Positions 57,316 through 64,000 of a stretch of 64,000 nt of DNA are shown here, piece after piece. The DNA lies in contig CAVWEH010000004.1 in assembly GCA_963753975.1 (NCBI GenBank), forward strand, positions 224,001 through 288,000, read 5' to 3'. Both the position numbers and the translations under genes were made by a program. The notes under the pieces are model-generated. The model made no database searches and was not told the origin of the DNA. It worked only from the letters and a program-made list of their open reading frames with translations. Every line of letters starts with the position of its first letter. The first letter of the stretch is position 1. The DNA comes from an uncultured delta proteobacterium. GTDB lineage: Bacteria; Desulfobacterota; Syntrophia; Syntrophales; Smithellaceae.

Positions 57316-57918
57316 ATGAGAAGAGAAAAAATAGCTTTTTTCGTCTTTATATTTATTTTACTTGCTTTTACCAGTAGTGGTCACGCAACTGAACCCTATG
57401 TGAAATTATTCAGGTCGGATTATCAAACGCGTCTCGACCCGGCGAAATACCCCGAATTCAAAAACCGAACAATCAGTTTCTATTCCATCGGAATAGAAGA
57501 TCGAAATCTTAATAACTTCTTTTTTTATAGCTCGGACGATAAAATCGGATATGAGTTATATTATTCTCATTATAAAGCTATGCAGCCGGTTTCGTCTTTT
57601 TTCTGGTATGCTCTGGAAAAAACGTTCGGCACATTGGGACTGGTTGTTACCCCGGATGGACCTATCGAAAATGTGCCGGTGCTTGTCCTGACATTTACCT
57701 TTCTTAACGATCAGGAAGCAAAATTTCGGATAAGGCTTACGAGAAACGAAAAATTGCTTTTGGAAAAGACTATATCTGTCGCCCAAAAATTGCCGCCGAC
57801 AAATGACACCGAGGAATTAGAAAAGAGGGGTTACGCTCTTATAGATCTTATAGCCGGGGCTATTTTGAATGATCCTGATTTCAAAAGAGAATTTTTTTCG
57901 ACTAAAGGGAAAATTTAG
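57316..57918 (+). CDS. Exported hypothetical protein
   Basis: Signal peptide ending GHA; GAGG RBS; 200-aa ORF. Confidence 0.75.
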   Translation: MRREKIAFFVFIFILLAFTSSGHATEPYVKLFRSDYQTRLDPAKYPEFKNRTISFYSIGIEDRNLNNFFFYSSDDKIGYELYYSHYKAMQPVSSFFWYALEKTFGTLGLVVTPDGPIENVPVLVLTFTFLNDQEAKFRIRLTRNEKLLLEKTISVAQKLPPTNDTEELEKRGYALIDLIAGAILNDPDFKREFFSTKGKI

Positions 57919-58006
57919 TCTCCGGGAATTCCGAGAGCACAAGGTGTAAAAGGAAAGATAAGTGCAGGGCGTATGGGGTCGGGATTGAAATATCAGTTTT
58001 CCCCGA

Positions 58007-58198
58007 TCAAGCCTCATGGGCTTTTTTTCCGTAAACTCTTTCATATGCCGCGCAGTATGGACACAGGCCATTCTCGATATTCTTGACAAACCAATAAGCG
58101 ATACCACGCTGTTTCGACCTCGCGTGCGCGCATACCGGACACGTGACGCAGCGTTGAGCCATTTGTTTATCTTTTTTGGTAGCAGAAGTTGTGCTCAT
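58007..58198 (-). CDS. Small cysteine-rich protein
   Basis: CVTCPVC...CPYC; AGGAG RBS, 19 nt downstream of the OYE gene. Confidence 0.75.
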   Translation of the reverse strand: MSTTSATKKDKQMAQRCVTCPVCAHARSKQRGIAYWFVKNIENGLCPYCAAYERVYGKKAHEA

Positions 58199-58217
58199 AT
58201 AATGTCTCCTATTGAAA

Positions 58218-60491
58218 TTATATCACCGTAGCGATCTGATATGCCGCTCTTACCGCTTCCAATATCCTTCCGCAGGCAAACGAATCGCCGATATTATACA
58301 ATTCGGGAGCAATATTAGCCGACAAACACGCATAATACAGTTCGTCGCCCGGACGTGCTCCAGCCGATATGACAACAAGGTCAGCCTTCAGTGTCCGAAC
58401 CTCAAATGATTCCTTAATCTTTTTGGCAAAGGGATTTTCGATATTTTCCGGAAGGAGCGGCGTCCAGGTGTTATACGGATCGGGCACCGTTTTCGATACG
58501 TTTTGTTCGACAAGAACTTCCTTGTCCCTGACTTCCTTCAGCAGTGAACAGTTCAATAATTCCACGCCCATTTTTTCCAGGTAATGAATAAGGAAGCCCC
58601 GATTCGCGGTACAAACCCCTTTCATTATTTCCGGGAGCATTTCGACTATCTTAACGTTCTTCTTTTTTTCATGGACAAGGAAATAAGCGGTTTCACAACC
58701 CACGGAGCCTGCCCCGACAATAACGATATCCCGCGCGCTTTCGGCAACAGAAGGATCGCGAAGCAGGTCAACCGCCAGAACAACATGCGAAGAATCAATA
58801 CCCTTGACGGGAGGGCGCTTTTGGACAGTGCCTGTAGCGCAGATAATCGCGTCGTAATGCCCCGCGCGCAGCGAATCTGGATTTACTTCACGTCCATATT
58901 CGGCCTTGAGGCCGTGTTTTTCGATTGCTGCGGTAAGTATCGTTTTCAAATACGTCCGGTAATTGAGAATATCAAACTTGATTGCCGGACGTGAACCCGG
59001 AATCAGCATGCCGCCGATTTCATCTCTTTTTTCAAAAAGCGTCACCTGATGCCCGCGGCAGGCGGCAATAATCGCGGCGTTTGCTCCGGCGGGGCCGCCG
59101 CCGACAACAGCAATGGATTTAATTTTTTTAGCGGGAAACAATTCGCTTCCGTTATAAATATCTTCATGGCCGGTACGGGGATTCACTGTGCACTGGGGAT
59201 GACCACCATCGACAAATTCATTGATGCACCCTTCCTGATCGCCGATGCAGGGGCAAATCTTGTCAACATTTCCGGCATAGACTTTGTTGGGCCATTGAGG
59301 ATCGGCAAGCAGAGGCCGCGCCAGCATGATCATATCGCATTTTTTATCGCGCAGAGCCTGTTCCGCAAGATCGGGATAACCAAGTTTGCCTACCGCCACA
59401 ACCGGTACGTCCATCCCCGCGTTGGAACGTATTTTGTTTTCCGCAAAATAATCTTTGACGATTTTTGCTATTTCCAAATAGCAGCCGGGGGCCATGAATC
59501 CGGGAGGATGAGGCAGCCACCAGTTGTCATAACAGCCGAGATCGACATCGAACATATCAACGCCCGCCCTAACAAGCGCCGCCATGTAGTTCAGCGTCTG
59601 CTCGGTTGTCCGCTCGTTTTTGAATTTGCGCAAAGATTTAACCGCGGACATTCTTTCTCCGTAAGTATCGTTGAGCGCCAACGAAAGATCAATCCGATAC
59701 ATGATGGGATAAGATTTGCCGACACGGCGACGTATTTCGCCTACCAGCTCGACACCGAATCTCTGCCAATCGGCAAAAGCGCCGAACGAGCGCCGGTTGA
59801 AAGCGGGATTGGTCATCTGCTCCAGAAGATACCCTTCATGCCCGTGCAGATAGACGCCGTCGATCAATGCCGCTTTGGCATCTGCCGAAGCCTGCCCGGC
59901 GTTTTTAATGATCTTCCGTGCCATTCGTCCGGAAAGAGGCCGGCATGGAATCGAAGGCAAATAGAAATTGGGGTTCCATGATGCCGATACGGGAAGCTTG
60001 AATTTTTTCACCAGACATTCCGGAGACCCGACCCGACCCAGCCCGGGGGTAAGCTGAATAAAGAATTTTGCGCCATAACCATGACAGCGCTCGGCAATAT
60101 CCCGCCAACCGGAGAAACGCGTCCGCGATGCATCGATACGCGGGAAGTAGGAAAGGCCGCCCGGTTCCGTAACGGTGGGATCTATGCCCTGGCTGATTGG
60201 TATCAACCCGGAAGTAATAAGTCCGACGCCGCCTTTTGCCCTTTCAGTAAAGTATTGTATCATCTTGGTATTGGGACGGCCTGTTTCTTCCGCCATGTTG
60301 ATATTACCCATCGGCCCCATCACCAGACGATTTTTAATTTTCACGCCGTTGACCTGCAGAGGAGAAAAGAGAGATGTATAAGGGTAAAGTTTGGAGCTTA
60401 TTATACCTTCATCAAGACGCGCCTTATCCTCATACCAGGTGCCTACCTTTTCTACGACTGCTTTCATGCGTTCGTGATATTTATTTGCCAT
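58218..60491 (-). CDS. NADH:flavin oxidoreductase (OYE-family, enoate reductase / 2,4-dienoyl-CoA reductase-like)
   Basis: KNRLVMGPM, ERAKGG, LHGHEGYLL, ARPLLADP, Fe-S linker, VVGGGPAG, IVGAGSVGCE, IGD. Confidence 0.93.
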   Translation of the reverse strand: MANKYHERMKAVVEKVGTWYEDKARLDEGIISSKLYPYTSLFSPLQVNGVKIKNRLVMGPMGNINMAEETGRPNTKMIQYFTERAKGGVGLITSGLIPISQGIDPTVTEPGGLSYFPRIDASRTRFSGWRDIAERCHGYGAKFFIQLTPGLGRVGSPECLVKKFKLPVSASWNPNFYLPSIPCRPLSGRMARKIIKNAGQASADAKAALIDGVYLHGHEGYLLEQMTNPAFNRRSFGAFADWQRFGVELVGEIRRRVGKSYPIMYRIDLSLALNDTYGERMSAVKSLRKFKNERTTEQTLNYMAALVRAGVDMFDVDLGCYDNWWLPHPPGFMAPGCYLEIAKIVKDYFAENKIRSNAGMDVPVVAVGKLGYPDLAEQALRDKKCDMIMLARPLLADPQWPNKVYAGNVDKICPCIGDQEGCINEFVDGGHPQCTVNPRTGHEDIYNGSELFPAKKIKSIAVVGGGPAGANAAIIAACRGHQVTLFEKRDEIGGMLIPGSRPAIKFDILNYRTYLKTILTAAIEKHGLKAEYGREVNPDSLRAGHYDAIICATGTVQKRPPVKGIDSSHVVLAVDLLRDPSVAESARDIVIVGAGSVGCETAYFLVHEKKKNVKIVEMLPEIMKGVCTANRGFLIHYLEKMGVELLNCSLLKEVRDKEVLVEQNVSKTVPDPYNTWTPLLPENIENPFAKKIKESFEVRTLKADLVVISAGARPGDELYYACLSANIAPELYNIGDSFACGRILEAVRAAYQIATVI

Positions 60492-60662
60492 AATTAGCCT
60501 CGCGTAATATTATTAATCTAACCGATGGACTAAGTTTAATTAATGGGGCACAACGCCACCTTTTAAAAAACACATATACTCGCAATTTATTCTTGCTTCA
60601 ATTCTTTTTTAAAAAAGGCTTTGTGCTGGAGATAGAATAACGTATCAGACAGAGAATTGGCA

Positions 60663-61838
60663 TTACACTGCCCGCAGGGCATCGACTATCTTCAGCCGCG
60701 AGGCGCGCAACGCCGGTAACACGCCGCCGGTCAATCCCATGATCAGGGCAAAGAACATCGATTCCAGAAAGATTCCGGGCGTCAGAGTAAATTTAAACGC
60801 CAGTTCGGAAAAAGTTTGAAAATTCACCGTAGAAATAGTGATAAACTGCATAAAGGAGGCAAAAAATAATCCTACACAGCCGCCGATGAAGCCCAACAAT
60901 AAAGATTCGACTAAGAACGCTATCAGGATGTTGCGCCGGCGGAAACCTAAAGCCCGCAAAGTGCCGATTTCCGCCGTGCGATTGGCGACGGCCGAATACA
61001 TGGTAATCATCGCCCCGATGATCGCGCCGATGGAAAAGATAATGGTCAGCGACATTCCCAGGATACGTAGAAACTTGGCCATCATTTCCGATTGATCAAG
61101 ATAGTATCTTGTTTCCCGCTTGGCTTCCAGTGTGAGCCGCGGGTCCGATTCCAGCGAGGTTTTAGCCGCGGAAAAATCATCCGGATTTTGCAACTTGAAA
61201 ATCAGCGACGAATAAACGGAACGCCGGAAAGCCTGCATGACCTGATCCACATCTCCCCAGATTTCGGAACTAAAACCGGTATTGCCCGCATCAAAAATTC
61301 CCACGACGGTCCAGGTGCGCATGCCCCAGTTGAGAGTGCCTTGCAGGCCGACTCCCTGAAATCCTTTCGCGATGCTGTTGCCGACAATCACTTCCGATGA
61401 TCCCATGCGAAACATACGGCCGGCAACTATTTTTACCTGCGGGCGCAGAGGAAGGGATTGAAGCTGTACACCGCGCACGACGACATTGGAATGACCGGAT
61501 GTTTTCTCCGCACCGCGTTTTTGCAGGGCGATGAGCACAACCGATTCCTTGGCTACAAGCCGCAGTCCCTCTGCGTCTATCGCCACCTGCGGCAGCATTT
61601 CCACAATCGAAGCGGCATTGCGTTCGATGCCGCTCATGACTTCGGATGTCGAACCTTTACGCACTACAACGACATTGTCGGGAGAACCGGTTTCGACCAG
61701 TGTCTTTTGCAGGCCTGCCGCCATCATCAGCACCGCGGCAAAAACAAAGACAACCAGCGCCATACCGGAGACGGTTAAAATAGTGGTCAGCCTGCGTTTC
61801 CAGAGGTTGTGGAAACTATAGGATATGGGCACAGCCAT
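60663..61838 (-). CDS. ABC transporter permease (MacB/FtsX family)
   Basis: RTAEIGTLRALGF, ESLLLG, PALRASRL. Confidence 0.93.
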   Translation of the reverse strand: MAVPISYSFHNLWKRRLTTILTVSGMALVVFVFAAVLMMAAGLQKTLVETGSPDNVVVVRKGSTSEVMSGIERNAASIVEMLPQVAIDAEGLRLVAKESVVLIALQKRGAEKTSGHSNVVVRGVQLQSLPLRPQVKIVAGRMFRMGSSEVIVGNSIAKGFQGVGLQGTLNWGMRTWTVVGIFDAGNTGFSSEIWGDVDQVMQAFRRSVYSSLIFKLQNPDDFSAAKTSLESDPRLTLEAKRETRYYLDQSEMMAKFLRILGMSLTIIFSIGAIIGAMITMYSAVANRTAEIGTLRALGFRRRNILIAFLVESLLLGFIGGCVGLFFASFMQFITISTVNFQTFSELAFKFTLTPGIFLESMFFALIMGLTGGVLPALRASRLKIVDALRAV

Positions 61839-62995
61839 CAGCCGATCCTCCTCAGACCGTCCGCGATACGAATGCGGATGGCGTGACGGGTGGGAATTAT
61901 CGCGGCGAGAAAAGCAATCAGTAAGGCCGCCAAAAGATCGTAATAAAGCGTTTTTTCGGAGACGAGAAAGACAGGGAAAAAAGTCGCCAGTGACTGGCCG
62001 AAGACCTTTGCCGCGGGAAAAGTCAGGAGCATTCCGATAAGAGAGCCGGTCAGGGTGATGACCAGGGATTCACCGAAAATCAGGATGGTTATTTCTTTAG
62101 CGCCGAAGCCCAGTGTTTTCATGATCGCGTAATCGCCTGTACGTTCGCGCGTGGTCATGGCCATGGTATTGGCGACAACAGCCATAATAATAAAAATCAC
62201 CACAAAGGAGACCATCTGAATGGCCGTGACGATGGCTTCACTCATGGCGATAAAACCGAGATTGAAAGCCTTTTCCGTTTCCGTCAATGTTTCGGCAAGA
62301 GAATTCTTGAAAACTTTATCGATCGCAACGGCCGTATCGGCGGCAATGTCCGGTCTGGCAACTCCGATCATATAGAAACCGACTTGCCCGGCGCGCCGCG
62401 GAACTGTTTGTTTCATGGTTTCATCGAGATAGGCCCAGTGAAAGAAGAACTGGGTTTCATCTACGGTTTTATCGCGGCCGTGATAAATGCCGCGCAAAAC
62501 AAAATCCCAGTTGCCCGGATAAATGGTTCCTTTCAGGGTTACGGTATCGCCCGGCTTCCAACCATACTTTGCGGCCAGTTTCCGGCCCGCCACGAAACCC
62601 TTCCGGTCGGCAAGAAATGCCCTTTTCTGCAAAGGATCAAGCACAAATTCCGGATAGAGTTCGAAATATGTCCGGGGTTCAACGCAGAAATTCGCGAAGA
62701 AATTTTTCTCGTCAATATAGATGCCGCCAAACCAGTTGCCGTAGGAGACGATCTTCACTCCTTCCACCTGCCGGATTTTTTCCTGATAGGAAATGGGCAG
62801 CGGGAAAATAATGGAAATGGCGTTGCGGGTAACCAGACGCGTGGTTGAGGCGGCCTCCACTCCGGAATACCAGGAATTGATTACCGTCCGCAGAAGACCG
62901 AAAGCCAGAATAGCCACGGCAATGCCCAGGATGGTGAGACCGCTGCGCAGCTTATTGTGAAAAGCGTTCCTAAAGAGGATTTTTAGAAGCATCAT
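61838..62995 (-). CDS. ABC transporter permease (MacB/FtsX family)
   Basis: LRSGLTILGI, NTMAMTTRERT, MKTLGF, GES. Confidence 0.93.
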   Translation of the reverse strand: MMLLKILFRNAFHNKLRSGLTILGIAVAILAFGLLRTVINSWYSGVEAASTTRLVTRNAISIIFPLPISYQEKIRQVEGVKIVSYGNWFGGIYIDEKNFFANFCVEPRTYFELYPEFVLDPLQKRAFLADRKGFVAGRKLAAKYGWKPGDTVTLKGTIYPGNWDFVLRGIYHGRDKTVDETQFFFHWAYLDETMKQTVPRRAGQVGFYMIGVARPDIAADTAVAIDKVFKNSLAETLTETEKAFNLGFIAMSEAIVTAIQMVSFVVIFIIMAVVANTMAMTTRERTGDYAIMKTLGFGAKEITILIFGESLVITLTGSLIGMLLTFPAAKVFGQSLATFFPVFLVSEKTLYYDLLAALLIAFLAAIIPTRHAIRIRIADGLRRIG

Positions 62996-63677
62996 TGTTC
63001 AGATACCCTTTATCCAGATGCCGTAAAACTTTTGCCCGCTCGGCCGCCCGCGGATCATGCGTGACCATAATGATTGTTTTGCCCATATCCGCATTAAGTC
63101 TTTCCATCATCGACAGAATCTCTTCGGCGGAGACACGGTCGAGATCGCCTGTCGGTTCATCGGCAACCAGGATGGTCGGGTCGGTGACGATGGCGCGGGC
63201 GATAGCCACGCGTTGTTGTTCGCCACCGGACATCTCCCCGGGATAATGATCCATCCGATGGTCAAGGCCAACCATGGAAAGCGCCATTTCCGCATGCTGC
63301 AGTCTCTCTCTTTTCGATAAATTGGTCAGATGCAGCGGCAGCTCCACGTTCTCAATTGCTTTGAGAACGGGAATCAGATTGTAGAACTGGAAGATGAAAC
63401 CGACGGAGTTGGCACGCCAGGCCGCAAGCTCCGTCTCCGTTAGAGCCGTAATATCGATATCTCCCACGCGGATCAATCCTTGGTCGACTTTATCGATTCC
63501 AGCGATGAGATTCAACAGAGTGGTTTTGCCGGAGCCGGATGGCCCCATCAACGCCAGAAATTCCCCTTCGGCAATATCGAAAGTGATATCGTACAAAACA
63601 GGCACGACCAAGTTTTGCCGGTGATAGGATTTATAAAGGTTCTTTATTTCGACAATGGTGTTTTTTTGTTCGGTCAT
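62970..63677 (-). CDS. ABC transporter ATP-binding protein (LolD/MacB-like)
   Basis: GPSGSGKT, MSGGEQQR, ADEPTG, VTHD. Confidence 0.96.
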   Translation of the reverse strand: MTEQKNTIVEIKNLYKSYHRQNLVVPVLYDITFDIAEGEFLALMGPSGSGKTTLLNLIAGIDKVDQGLIRVGDIDITALTETELAAWRANSVGFIFQFYNLIPVLKAIENVELPLHLTNLSKRERLQHAEMALSMVGLDHRMDHYPGEMSGGEQQRVAIARAIVTDPTILVADEPTGDLDRVSAEEILSMMERLNADMGKTIIMVTHDPRAAERAKVLRHLDKGYLNNDASKNPL

Positions 63678-63694
63678 GATTTATAGGAAGTTGT

Positions 63695-63871
63695 CGATTG
63701 AGCGCGGGCATCCATATGCTCCGAATCCCCGTCACTGCGTCTCTAAGACTCATTGCGCGACGGCCGGAAACTCGCCTGTGGCTCAAATACTCCAGCCGTT
63801 TTCACGCTCCATGTCGCCAAGAGCCGCAACGTTCCGGGCATAGTCGCTTATTGCATGCCCCGACTCAATCG
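63695..63871. mobile_element. MITE-like element with imperfect terminal inverted repeats
   Basis: CGATTGAGCGCGGGCAT ... ATGCCCCGACTCAATCG; non-coding, inside the exporter operon. Confidence 0.5.
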
Positions 63872-63897
63872 GTGGCGTTCAGGCGATGATGTTCTTA

Positions 63898-64000
63898 TTA
63901 CCTTTCCGCTATTTTTATTTTTGTCCCGTTTTTCATTCCTTTAGGCGGATTGACGACAACGCGGTCGCCGGACTTAAGACCGCTTATTATTTCTATCATA
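63898..64000 (-). CDS. Efflux periplasmic adaptor (MacA-like), C-terminus only
   Basis: IEIISGLKSGDRVVVNPPKGMKNGTKIKIAER*; upstream of the ABC genes. Confidence 0.75.
   Translation of the reverse strand, partial: MIEIISGLKSGDRVVVNPPKGMKNGTKIKIAER

Noticed and set aside
59049..59981. Long antisense ORFs (e.g. 59049-59981, 39758-40663, 3730-4455)
   Set aside because: Shadow frames opposite well-supported genes, with no family motifs

Overview
A 64-kb bacterial chromosomal window. Its gene repertoire (acyl-CoA metabolism, sigma54 regulation, a selenoprotein, Fe-S flavoproteins) suggests an anaerobic Desulfobacterota/Syntrophales (Smithella-like) organism; this taxonomy is inference only. From left to right it holds a ClC channel; a minus-strand, apparently sigma54-driven dedicated type II fatty-acid-synthase-like operon (fabD, carboxyltransferase, acyl-CoA dehydrogenase, fabH, fabG, fabZ, fabF, atypical ACP, acyltransferase, PPTase; no enoyl-ACP reductase) next to a two-component/NtrC pair; a UGA-readthrough OsmC-like selenoprotein; an extended arsenic/thiol-redox operon; a metal-associated DUF302/SHOCT cluster; and a long mosaic accessory region with pseudogenes and palindromic MITE/REP-like repeats. 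The accessory region contains an AT-rich three-gene operon DruA-like(DUF4338)-NurA-HerA, the best candidate for an undescribed defence or DNA-modification system. The window ends with an OYE-family enoate reductase and a MacAB-like ABC exporter. No rRNA, tRNA, CRISPR array or intact transposase/integrase was recognised. All family calls come from motif recognition by eye, not from database searches.
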